DNA of 64,000 nucleotides from Epiperipatus broadwayi. Lineage: Eukaryota; Animalia; Onychophora. The notes under the pieces are model-generated. The model worked only from the letters and a program-made list of their open reading frames with translations, made no database searches and was not told the origin of the DNA. The stretch spans positions 14,384,001-14,448,000 of the forward strand of contig JAQFVV010000006.1 of the NCBI GenBank assembly GCA_028023455.1, in the 5' to 3' direction. The position numbers and the translations under genes are program-made. Of this stretch, positions 26,050 to 38,996 are shown piece after piece; position 1 is the stretch's first letter, and the number at the start of each line of letters is the position of its first letter.

Positions 26050-26690
26050 GTGATGTATTGTGGCTTCTCCTTAAACGAAGTCAAGAATATCTTGGCAATT
26101 ATGCCCAGATAAACCTGTTAGCCACTTTATTTTCCATTCCCCACTCTAAATTTTCTCATAATCTGCTCTATCCCATTTCCACAACATAATCTTTGTCAAC
26201 TCTATAACCTTTATATCTAAACCCCCCGTATCTTTTCCCAAACCCAGCACAAAAACCAATAATTCACTTTCTGTATAATCACTTTTTCCACATTTATTCT
26301 TCCATAACTTCATTATATGTACCCTTTCTGTTTTCAAGCATTTACATTCAATTAACAAATGCCTAATATTTTCTATTCCTTCCTTACATAATTTACAAAA
26401 CAAATCACCCATATTTTTCCATTTACATGTATATTCTCTTGTAGCTAAAGATCCTGTTCGAGCCTTAAACAATAAACTACTTTCCTTACTATTATCATAT
26501 ATTAACTCACATCTAATATTCTGTTTATTTCTATATATATTTAAACTCTTTTTACTCTCCATACCATTTCTCCATCTCTCTAACTCCCTATTCTTTATTA
26601 ATAAATCTATTCTTTTATCCCATTCCTTACTACTATAACACTCAACAATCCTCTTAACACAATCATCCCATCTTTTGTCTTTTACAGTTA
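26050..26690 (-). mobile_element. Zinc-knuckle LINE 3' fragment, inverted relative to the 20740-24180 copy
   Basis: 191-aa ORF closely matching the 20776 ORF (KRWDDCV..CKLCKEGIENIRHLLIEC) plus 3' UTR. Confidence 0.88.
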
Positions 26691-28323
26691 CATTATGCCA
26701 CCTAGTGTAAGATATTAGCAATGAATAGATGCTAGACAGTAATGTTTAATAAATCCCTATCCAATACTATTTTATTCAAGATCTCTATATTAGTTTCTAA
26801 CATGATTTTCATTAATGAGGAGCTTTTTCCTCTGAGAACCATGTTTTTTTTATATTTCTATCAAACAATTAGCCAAATCGAAAAACATATTAATGTTTTC
26901 AATCTAAACCAAATTGCTTGTATAATTATGTAGATCTGACAGCACTTCATTATCCATATATTATGGTATCTTAGTTTTTTTAATAATTATAGGTGCTCTT
27001 ATCCTTTGACCAGGATTGGTATTGCGATTGGTTTTAACTATGTGGTCTTTTCAAGATTAGATTAGTTCTTTATATGAATTAAAATAATCATTGTGTTCAT
27101 AAGATTTGTAAAGCATTTTTTCTGCGCATCATTAATGATTTTGATTTTTTAACAAATAATAATGTTCTTTTCAGTTTAGGATACGGTCTTAGTTTTAGTA
27201 AGAATTCTATGAACCAAACAAACTTATGTATAAATGTAAGAGGTATTTCTTTTATATTGTGCCCCATCGGGTATATGTTTGCATTTAATATGTTTTATGA
27301 AATTTCTAAATTATAGAATTCCATATTTGATAATTTTAAAATTTGATTTTTTATAGTGTTGTCCAATTAGCAAACTAAATCTTCACTATATGTCAGCATT
27401 TTTGCAGTCTAAATCGCTGGTTTGTCAGTTGTCATAGAATTTTGAACTCGTATTTCACTCAGTAAATGCAGTGACAGCAAACTATTATAAGTCGTTCCAT
27501 TTTGAATGTGCGAAGAAGTTTGAATTCACATTTGATAAATCTTACTACATTTTTAAAATAATTGACGAGTTAAATATTATAAATAGATGAAATAAATTGT
27601 TTTCATGCAATAAGACTTACAATAAATAATGGAGCTATTTCCCTCTTTTCCATAAGGCTAATCTTCAGTCTCGTAGATATCATGGCCAATCAAAAAACTG
27701 CCTTAAAATCCTTACACAATTGATGATCTGGTGGTTTAGTTGATGAAACATTGGCATATTGTGAAGATTTAATTTGTTCTTTTATGATAGTTGTAAATAC
27801 AAAACTATTTGGAAATAGCATAAGTGCTAATAAAAAGGTTCATTTATACACCAAAAACAATTCATCAATTTGTAGTAGATATTGTAAAAGAAAATTTGTA
27901 AAATGAAACTTGTAATTGTACCTGTCTTAATGTGTTTTTAATACCTATATGTTTGAAAAAGATAATATGATACGTGAATTATAAATTCATCTTCTCAGAA
28001 TGGATTATATGCTTTTGAAATATTTTTAACTTGCTGCTATGGAATATATTTAGAATTCTAGTACAGCTGATAAACTGATGGTTTTGTCTGGTGAAATACT
28101 GTATATTCTAAGGAATTTATCGTGTTCTTTTAAAACACTTGTGAGTAACAATACTAGATGTGAGGTATTTGTTCTCACATATCTTAGAGCAAAAAAAAAA
28201 AATTATCAATATATGTTTATGTCCATGTTAAATATTTGTGGTTAGTTTTTAAATCTGAAATTGTTAGCGACAAACTAAAACTCTTGGAAGTTTATTATTA
28301 TTTTTTTTTTTATGGGGATTTAG

Positions 28324-28564
28324 GTCAGATAGAATTGTATACCCATATGGATGTTTTTCGGCAACTTGTAGAAACTTTGCAAAATTGGAACTTTAGAGTA
28401 TGCGCCGTATTTCTTATCGACTCCCAATTTATGATAGAAACTTCCAAATTTATAGGTGGTGTTTTGACAGCTTTATCAACCATGATAAATCTTGAAATAC
28501 CACATGTGAATATATTAACTAAAATGGATTTACTTAGTAAAAAAGGAAAAGAAGATATCCATAG
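28324..28564 (+). CDS. GPN3: GPN3 exon 5
   Basis: [54 protein letters not shown]; contains the G4-type TKMD motif. Confidence 0.97.
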
Positions 28565-30899
28565 GTAATTTTTTTGCTATTTTTTTCAAATGCTTTGAAT
28601 CTTAATATTTTAAAAAAATTTTATGTTGTTAGAAATTTATAAATCTATATTAAATAATGTGTCAGTATTCCACATGTATGTTTTTGTGTACTTGTTTGGT
28701 TTCCATTTGTATATATTTTTTGTATTTGTTTTTTTTCGATATGTATACAATTACAACGGATCCCTCATTCCACTGCATTTTTTTGTTTCAGGCCACCTTT
28801 TGAATACTTGGAAATCCTAAATAACATTGTGGAGTCATGATATTAGCTATATTTTGTTCCAAGTCTCCCTCACATATAATACGCTCACATTTTGTTGATA
28901 AACTTTGATTAGAATAGAATACATCTTGTTTATTGAATTGCAAGTGTAAAGTACTTTTCAACATGCACGTGCATATATATACTATAGACCTTTTTATATA
29001 TACAATAGTCGTACATAAATTAAGATTGTAGTATAAATGAAATTTTAAAATAATAATAGTAATTATTAATAATAAATTGAAGGAACACATTTACATATAT
29101 TTATTGAGTGTGTGTTCGCTCCTTCACTCGCTGAAAAAATATAAATAAGAAAAAAAAAGTTTAAATAAAATGAGTAGCTAAATGTCCGACTTTCATAGTA
29201 GCCTTATCAAGAATCTATGATATTTCTGATGGTTTCTGATGTTTTTAACTCGGTATCAACAATAAATGTTTTTAAATTTTGTAAAACTTTTAGCACTAGA
29301 CGTAGAAAACATTTTATAGCATGAAAAACTGAACATCGTATTCAGAAAGAATATTAAAGAAAGAGCAAAATGTATACGCTTCCAACCTAAATCACAGAAA
29401 TGTTATTAGTAAACGTGATCACATATGGTGTTTTGAGATATTGCACATTGTAAAATTTATTTACAAATTTTAATTTTTTGTTTAAATGCGATCACATATG
29501 GCACTTGCAGATATAAAAATGGCTGCTCGAAATATCCTAAAATGTATTAAATTTAAGGATTTTTGATGTGTTTTTTTTTTTGTTTGATTATTTACATTTG
29601 TGTTTGTTTCATTTTTATTTTTTCACAATGTATAATTGAAGTTGTGTTTATTAATACAGCATAGTTCCTAGCTTCATTACATATACACACACATTTATGA
29701 TACACTTAATATGTACTAGTTAACAATGAAAAAAAAAATTAACAAAAAATAGAATAGTACAGTTATGAAAAAGATACTACATTGGTACACCAAGATAGAG
29801 GAAGAGCATAAGTGAATGCACTTTATCATCATCATCATAACCGTTAAAGATTATGGAATGGCTAACTACGAGATGATCCATTACCTGGTGTACTTACTGG
29901 CAGGTGTATGCATGAAATTTATAAATTAAAATTTATGGCTTTACATATATTTTTTATTTAATATATTTTTAAACTATGGGTGTTGAATCTGCATGTATTG
30001 GATGACTATTGTAATTTTGTCTAAATACAAATTGACTACTATTAATCCAAAATTCCTGGCTCTAGAACTTTTTTGAATGGGTATTTTTGGATTTCAATGA
30101 TAAATCTTTTGCTATCTCGCTGTAAATACAAACTCTGCTAAGAATTTAAATAAACGTTAATTTTACGATGTATAGTTTTTATATATTGAAATGCTTTTTG
30201 TCCACTGTAAAAATGTATTTTAAAAACCATTTTAAAATACAGAATATATTTATATAAGCATAAAAGTTTTATATAGCCATAATTGAAGTAGGAAATCAAA
30301 AGAATAATTTGTAATTTGGTTTGGATAATAGAAGTATTGACTTAGCGGTATTTGAATTAACAATAAGCTATCTGTATCATATTGGTCAGTCAATAACAAT
30401 AAAATATTACAATAATTTTTTCAGCGTACAACTTTCAGAAAACAATTTTCATCACTGTATTCCAGAGATACGTAATGTAAGATGTGTTAAAAGAAGTAGA
30501 TGAAAGAAATAAAGAAATCATTGGCAAAGTTAGGCGTAATAATGTTTCGATGGTATATGATATTGATTCGTAAAAAAAGCGGGTTAAAGGTATTTTTTAA
30601 GATCATTTGCGTTAACCAAAAGCTCAAACTGGATTATCGTTAACTGTAACATCTATTTATTTAGAGAAGTAGTAGAAGAGTCCAAGGAATTTAAGTTGCC
30701 GCTTTGGGGTTTTGTTGTAGAATCCATATAAAGCATTCAATTCTATAAATATTTATTCTATAAATAAAGTGTTACAAAGTCATGAATTGGTTCCAATGTA
30801 TTTTCATATTTTTAAGAATTTTTATGAAGTTAAATCAGAGTATTTCATGATGGCACTAAGAAGATTAACATGGTAATGATGTATAACATACCGATTTCA

Positions 30900-31530
30900 T
30901 CTCTTCTAACTTTTTAGGGAGTTTTACACAAAATATTTTGTAGAGTAAAAGAAATAAAAATAAACAGAGATGATTTAGATCATCCATATTTTACAGATAT
31001 CGTAAGTATTTTCGTAAATAATCTTTCAGAATCTGTAAGAGCAACAAAATAGGGCTAAAGGTGAATATTAAAAAGATTTAATTAGGAATCAGAAAAATGC
31101 TGATAATTGATTAAAAGTTAGAAGTTTTTGATAGAAACAATATTAAATCAAAATATGCGTATTAAACTGAAAAGAACGGTTTTTAATAAGTGTGTTCTAC
31201 CAGTGCTTTCTTATGGATCTAAGACTTGGATATTTAATAGGACAGCAGTACTAAACCTATAAGCCGGACAGAGAAGTATTAAAAGATTTACATAGAATGA
31301 ACAAGAAGAGATTGAAAACAAAACATATGGGTAAGAGGATAACATCACTGAAAAAATTAAATTTGTATGAAGCGAGTGAACATGTTACTATAAACAATGA
31401 CATCAGACATCCAAGGCTTTAAACTGGATCCCAAGAGATGTTAAGAAACCTATATATAAAATAAATGATAGATATAAGGAAGTTTGACTGAGATTCATGG
31501 AGAAATATTGAAATAAATTTGGAGAGACCA
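30900..31530 (+). mobile_element. Degenerate RTE LINE fragment (RT to 3' end)
   Basis: Homologous to the 13556 ORF (QNIF..DHPYFTDIV; VLPVLSYGSKTWIFNR) with many stops and frameshifts. Confidence 0.7.
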
Positions 31531-32087
31531 TCATGCAATAAAAATAATTTATTATGGTAATGTATGCCTCCCGTTAGATCTACAAATGTTAAATTTCTTG
31601 CACTCGTCATTATCCGGTTTAGATAAATAACGTTACTGATTATTACTAGTCATCTATTAAACTAGTTATTAACATTTTCAAATAGATAGGTAATCATTTT
31701 TATTGACAAATAAGAATATACTTGATTCAGCAAATAGCTATTAATTTTAAGCGTAATTAAAGATTAATATATTTTATTTTTATTATTAGTTGTATTAAGA
31801 ACACTCACATTGTATTCTTAATCTAATTTCATATCTCTTTTGTCAACCAACTATATTGTTTTAAATGTGCTTTAATATCCTTCATTCTATTATTTTTACT
31901 TGGAATTGTATGAATAAAGACGTTGAAAAATACCAATGATCCCTAAGATACATTTTTGGCTGAACTAATATTCAGTTGGGTTTTTTCATTTGTTATTTTT
32001 TTTTATTTCTATTTTTTCATATGTTTTGTGCATGTATAGTGGAATGAAGGATTTAAAATGTAATATATACAAATTAAATTTATTTAG

Positions 32088-32184
32088 TTATCTGGAATCG
32101 GATGTTCTCTGGATGCTTGAAAAGGATAGCAGTTCTCAGTGGAATAAAAGGTTTCAGCAGCTAACTGCGTCCATAGCTAAACTC
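32088..32184 (+). CDS. GPN3: GPN3 exon 6
   Basis: SYLESDVLWMLEKDSSSQWNKRFQQLTASIAKL; donor gtaagt. Confidence 0.95.
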
Positions 32185-32959
32185 GTAAGTTTTCTCGCTT
32201 AATTTATAATTCTTATTTCACACTGAAAAATAAATGTAGTTTTTTGAAGTTTTTCTACTGGAAATATTATTTTAAATGAAATGAAAAAAGTTAATGTTAA
32301 ATTACATAAAGAAGAATTTACACCTGTAAACTTTCATTCTTCGTAATTTATGCAATCTTAAGTCTGAAAATATTTCCGCGATGTTGAAAGGGGTCCATCA
32401 GCATGACGGGGGGATAATTTGGTTAATTTAAAATATTTTTATATAAATTGCATCATTATAAACAGAACAGCTGTATCATAAATATCATACATTTAAATTG
32501 ATTTAGAATATAGGAATTTTTACAACACATTGATTTTCAGTTCTTATGACTAGGAAAGGCAATCTATCATTTAACTGATTTTACTTGGAGATAATAATGC
32601 TTGTGCAGTGTTTAATCATTCCAATTTGCCAACAATTCAAATTCTTCACAGAGTTGATAACTACAATTAGTAAAATATAATTATTAAGGTGTCAGTAATT
32701 TTGCAAGATTATTATCTGGCTAATAATAAAAAGCCAGTTTACTATTATAGCAGTAAAGACTTCTGAATACATACCTTAAGTCTTGACTTCAGGCTTATGA
32801 TGTTGATATCTATTTGTGGACAAAAAGATGGAAAAAAATAGCAAGTAATTCCTCAAATTGAGATCCAGAAAACTCCTGTTCATCACTTATTCGTCTGTTG
32901 GTATTTTAATTAAGCAAGGGATTCTCAATTATATCTTAATTGTTGCCATTTTTTTGATA

Positions 32960-34260
32960 TTCCTTGCTGAGACCTGGCAATTAATAACATCTTTTGAAAT
33001 GCCAAGTATTTTAAATGAAGAGATGAGATACGCAATTAAATCAAAGAAGAATTGAAGAACAACAAGAAATAATAGAATTATTATAAATATTTTAAATGAA
33101 GCAGGCGAAAGATTATAGAAATTATTGGCAAGGCCATGTACCAAATATATAAATATTAAAAACATATTAGATGATTTGAAGAATGTAATAGTGGTATTAA
33201 TACTTTAAAAAGCTGAAAAGGAGATATTAGAAAATACAGGCCAATCTGTCTTCTTGTCAATTCTCTTTAAGATCTTGAATAAGATCACAGATTGTTTACA
33301 AAGGACATTAGATTAAAGTCAAACTAAAGAGCAAGCTGAATGTAAAAGTAGCTATAGCATAGTAGATAACATCCAAGTGTTAAAACAAATTGTAGAAATG
33401 ACCAATGAGAATGAATTGCGTTTCCGCAATTATTAAAGTTTGGGGCATCGAAATATAGACCCTATAGTGTCAGTTTTTGAAGAATTAGACTATAAAATGA
33501 TACCAAGAAGATTAACGTAAGGGTGCATGATTAGGTGATTTCATCTTCTCCAAAACTTTTTTTTTTAACTTTTTCACAGGAAGTGCTTTGAGTTAAAATA
33601 AATGGAGATTAATTAAGTCATTTGGATTATGCAAATGATGAGTTTGTTTTCGCAAATATTGTTTCAGAGCTTTAGGAAATACCGCAAGAGTTATCTGACG
33701 AAAGTAAGACTTAAGATACATGCTAAAAAGACTAAAGTAATGTTTAGCAGTTTTTCATAGAAGAAGGAAATAAAGATTGCTAAACATGAATTAACAACTA
33801 TAAATACCTTAGTCTGATTATTAATATTGATAAAAACATAATAGACTAAATTAATCATAGAATTAAGCAAGGTTGAAACGCTTTTGGTAGAAATACTTTT
33901 ATATTAAGAAAAATATGTCTATGTGCTTGAACTGGAAAGTTTTTGATAAATGTTTTTTTTATGGATTTGGTATTTGGACACTTAATAAAAAGAGTAATAC
34001 GGAAAGTAAACCACATCATTATGTATGGAAAGACTCGTATCAAGATTAATTAAGCAGAAATCAAAAGTGAAATACATACATGAGAGAATATATAGACATC
34101 ATTGAAAGATTTTATAAGTTGAACTGGAACCGGCTAGACGTCACTGAACAATTGAAGTTTAAATGAAATCTCAAGAGATTTTAATAAACCTAGAAAGAGA
34201 TCACTTGTGAGATGAAGGACGATGTAATGAACTTTGCTTTGAGTTGTGTGGGAAAGCAGT
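32960..34260 (+). mobile_element. Degenerate RTE LINE fragment
   Basis: ITSFEMPSILNEEMRYAIK versus ITSSELPRILNEEVRHAIK; colinear with the RT region, heavily mutated. Confidence 0.75.
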
Positions 34261-34538
34261 TACAGATTGAAGAAACCGGTTTTATCTCGGAGACTCTTTC
34301 ATTTGAAAATCACATTAATTGTGCGTACTTATTGAGATTATATGTACTTAATTTTAAAGTGCAGCGAGCTTTTAAATATTGCATAAACATGACATGTAAA
34401 TAAGTAATGCAATTGCATCATTTGATAATAGATATCAGAGCCATATATAACGGCATGCATTTCATTTAATATTCAAATACCCTCGAGTATATACTATTAA
34501 TCTATATTAATATCTTGCTTTTTTCTTTACTAATCTAG

Positions 34539-34667
34539 ATCGATGATTATAGTATGGTGCAGTTCCTTCCCTTAGACATCACAGATGAAGAAAGTATAGG
34601 CGATATTCTAATTCAGATTGATAATACAATTCAGTATGGTGAAGATCTAGATGTAAAAATGCCAAAG
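34539..34667 (+). CDS. GPN3: GPN3 exon 7
   Basis: IDDYSMVQFLPLDITDEESIGDILIQIDNTIQYGEDLDVKMPK, the conserved GPN3 C-terminal motif. Confidence 0.97.
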
Positions 34668-35869
34668 GTAATTTTCTGTGATTATCGAGAAATTATACTG
34701 AACTGTGTTTGATGTGAATTATTTCTTTCTTTATATATGTATATACACATGACCACTCACATATAAAGGGTTTTGAGGAGTAGTGATAAAGCATCTATTT
34801 GTTATAACAATGATCTTCAGTTCAAATCCTGGCTGGATAAGATTTGGAAATTTTTTCAAATTCGCATAGGGTTAGGATTATTTTTTTAGGTACCTGTTTC
34901 ATAGCCCTTCAGAGTTGATCAGTAAATGGGTATATAATTACTACTCCTTGCTGGAATGTAAACAAAGAATGGTCAACCATTTAAAAGCATTACCATCTAA
35001 CATTCAACAAGCATGCCAAATAATGTTTTTTTTTGGAGGGATGTTGGAAAGTTCTTTGGACTGCAATAGGCTACTGCTTCTGTTATCTATGTATTGTACC
35101 GATATCTTAGCTGTACATATAATAATTTTTGTCTAAAAATTATTGAAATAAACAAGTTCAAAAACAAAGTAAAGTTTAAAATTGATAATGAATAATAAAA
35201 TCAATTTGTTGTCCGTAAATAATTGAATTATAAACAAAGAGAAACATTTCGTTTGAAATAAATAAATTTATAAAAATCTAAAGAGTTACTATCAGTAAAA
35301 ATACAATTAATTAGTTAGAAGGGGGGGGGAGGGTTTGCTTTAGAAACGTCAAAATGAAAAGTCTAACGATTGATTGAAAGGGGGAGGAAAATTAACTTAA
35401 CAATTTTAGAAAGTAAATAAAAGTTAAAAGTTATGACAGTTCAAGAATAAATCTTTTCTTCAAGTAATGAAAGGTACTTTCTCTTTTCGTTTAAAATATT
35501 AAAGAAAAAAAAAAAGGGAAAGAAAAGTTGAAACTAAAAGCTTAAAATATAAATCTTTTATATAAATTAAAAATATCTCTTGTTTATAATGAGTTGATTT
35601 TAGAAATATATATGTGCGTAAATGACAAGTTGATTTTATATATAGCAAAATGTGTGCTTGTTGATAAAATAAATAGGAGCATGTTAAATATTAAAGAATA
35701 AATGAAAGTTATAAGTTAAAAGAAATTCCCTCAAGGATTGTATATACTAAAAGCTACATAAAAGAATGGAATTTGCAATGGCTACTAATTAAAGAATCCC
35801 TCAACAAGTAATTAATTAAAATCTTATCAAAACTTAATTCAAAAGCAGTGGAGGAATTTCAACAACAGA

Positions 35870-36562
35870 TATAGCTAACGGACATAAAAACCAATTCCCA
35901 AAGTGACAACAGGTCATCATATAAATAGTCCAGTTCAAATACCTATAAAATGGTTTGTTGCGAAGAAATGTGTATGAATGGACAGAATATAGAATGGAAA
36001 CATCCTCAATTGCCGACCAAGAAAAAGTGCAAAAGTCAACCATCAGCTGGAAAATTAATGATACCGGTATTTTTCTAGAGTCAATATTGAAAAGTTTTCA
36101 AGGAAAAGATTCAACAATCAGCAGTACTTAATGCAATGAGATAGCTCATTGAAGAGATGAAGCCTAAAATTTGGACAAAACACAGAGGGCTGCTATTCAA
36201 GGGCGTTGAATTATTGCATGGCAATGCACATCCTCACAGGGCTTCCTATGTTGTTGATATTTTACAAAAACTTCGTTTTGAGGTGTTGGAACGTTCTCCC
36301 TATAGCTCTGATCTTGCCCCATCGAACTGTCATCTGTTTGAACCCCTGAAAGAATCTCTACAAGGATGAAGATTCACCTATGAAATATAAAGACAAAGGT
36401 GCTCAGCCTAAAACATTTTTAATGAGGAAATAACGCTTTTTGATAAATGGACAAAGTGTAATGAAAAGCAGGATTATGGTGAAAAATGGTATGTCTTTTC
36501 TGAAAGTTGATTAAAATAAATTCTGTAGCCAGAGCATATATAATTTTTGACTCACCTTTATA
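35870..36562 (+). mobile_element. Mariner transposon remnant
   Basis: EWKHP..KKCKSQPSAGKLM, LLHGNAHPH, SPYSSDLAPSNCHLF (decayed HDNA and YSPDLAP motifs); TIR-like end ttgactcacctttaTA. Confidence 0.85.
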
Positions 36563-38958
36563 TAATGCTAATCAGTAATAATTAAAATTTAAGATGATTA
36601 ATCAATAAAATTCAAATATGATATAAATAAATTGAACCGCATTATAATCTTAACTTTATTTGTTTATTTAGCATATGGATTTTTTTTATAGTTAGCTTAA
36701 CTGTTAACAAAATATCACAAGAAACTTGTAAAGAATCCAACTCGGAAGTAGGTTTATTAATGACTTTATTAAATCCTTCAATATTGTCACTGTAACCATA
36801 GATTTGACAGTTATTAACTATATGGTTCTTAGTTTGTATTGTCCACATTTACACATGTCACTGGTTTTTAAATTCCATTTATGAAGTAGATTAGGGCAAC
36901 AGCCATGGGGTTATATTAATATATTGTAATGAAATTCTTAAAAGGTTATTAGTTCTCAATATATGGATTCCAGTGAAATTGCCATCACCATCCCCGTCCC
37001 CCTCAATTTCCTAACATATCATCATGGTATTCTTGACAACGTTTACAGTAGTTAAACATTAAATTATGGTGAGCAAAGTTTAAAACCTCAAGATATAAAT
37101 AGAATGCTAAAATAATATTAACATTTGCAAGTTATGTAATGGAAAAATATTGAATGGTCAACATGAGTATAGAGATTCAGGTTCTCAATGCCTTTAACTT
37201 AATTGATGAATGAAAGTTGTTTGCGAAATATGTGTGGAGTGAAAGAGAGTGGTCTGAATTTTTAGGCTGATTGCTAATTATGAGATACTCGATTTTGGGA
37301 TGAGAGTGGTGCTAATATTTGCTACATTTCGACTGACTAAACATATCATAAAATAATAGGTTGATTCTAATACTGATCACAAGGATAGGAAATTTGTTAA
37401 AAGTCAAAATGCATTTTTTAGTATATATCTAAATTAATATTCCGGATTCCTTTGTTGGAATTATTACAATCTAGCGGATTATTGGCTGAAATTCGCTATA
37501 AATGTGAAGACCAGCTGCCTCACACTAGGTAATACTTCAGAAGTGAAAGAATGCCATGTGGAAGAAGCTGTAGAGTTGTTCTGAAGTGATAGTTTGCCTA
37601 TCTGCTTGATATGCTAACCTAAATTAAATCAAGACCGAGCTTCTAAATTGCTTTCTTAAAAATAAAATTGAGAATCGAGCATAGTGTTGGATTTGTAAAA
37701 CAGCCACCCTATAACCCAAGAAAGAGACTACCAGGATTGTTAGTAAATCTTGCTGAAAATTGAAATAATATTCTACTTATTTTTGGACATCATTATCCAA
37801 GAAGGAAACCATTTGCCACAGATAGCATAAAAATATAGTTGTATCAAATACCTATAAAATTATGTGCACATATTTTAAGTTTATTGGATAGTAAAAGTTG
37901 ATAACGCATTGTTTTTGAAAGATTTAAGTGTTTGATTTTGTTATGATTAATGAGTTAATTATTTTTCTTTATTATTATAGCTTAACCCTATCATCTTTCG
38001 CTATTTTTGACGTTTTTTTGTCCTTGTCTCACACATCAACATAAAATATATGATAAAATGATTATTACATATCAGAAAATAATAAATTTAACTTCATTTG
38101 ATAGATATTTTTGTTTACTACTGAAATAAATTTTAAATGTTCACATTTTGTTTCATAAATATTAAAAAAATGAGATCGCAAACAAACAAAGACTTTACAT
38201 GTCATTGTTTCTAGAAAGATTATTTTCAGTTTACAAAATCAACGAAATCTTTTTTATTTCTGATTATTTTTAAAAACTTAAACGAATAATTATTTATTTC
38301 TCTTATATCTAACTAATTACGCTTTAAAAGTTTAAATTTTTTGAATATTTATTGCAAGATTGTGTTTTTCTTACTCGTAAATGTAAAGTAGATTCTTTAC
38401 GTCAGAGCTAGAATTTTCTAAATTTGCTTCAGGCCACATTCACGTTAGCTGCTAATATAACATATTTTTGAAAATAAAGTATTTCAAGTCAAAAAAGTTA
38501 TTAATAATTTATATTTCTTGATATCTAATAAATATAGTGCAAATTATTTTGAAAAAATATCTAAAACCGTAATAAATTCGCAAATAAACACGTTTTTGCG
38601 TTATTGGAAACTACAATGTCTTGGCAACAGACAATGGCTGAACATGTCAAGGCGGGGCTTATGTCTATTGTAAGAGCAGGAATTTTGAATTTTGTGCTTT
38701 TTCACACAATTTTTGGGGAAAAAATATATTATAAAATATACCGTTTTACACATATTTTAACGTATAATACTTACGAAAAAATTCACTAGGGGACGAATTG
38801 GCCAAAAGACGTTTCTCTGTTGTCCAAAATACGGATGGGTTAAACGTAGATTTGTATATATTACAAAGAAATCAAATCATGTCATATGACCTAATTTAAT
38901 TAGATAAAGTGCTGGGCTTGTCCTGGTATTTTAAATCTAATGCTTGAATATCCTAGCA

Positions 38959-38996
38959 CCTCACTGATGATGCCAGTAGCAGAAACCGGTCTGGGG
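38959..38996 (+). ncRNA. Minimal type I hammerhead ribozyme motif (family B), intact core
   Basis: cctca-CTGATGA-tgc-cagta-gca-GAAA-CCGG-TC-tgggg: helices I and II pair, helix III is palindromic ACCGGT, GUC site; flanks are homologous to the 53.1-53.65 kb arms. Confidence 0.75.
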
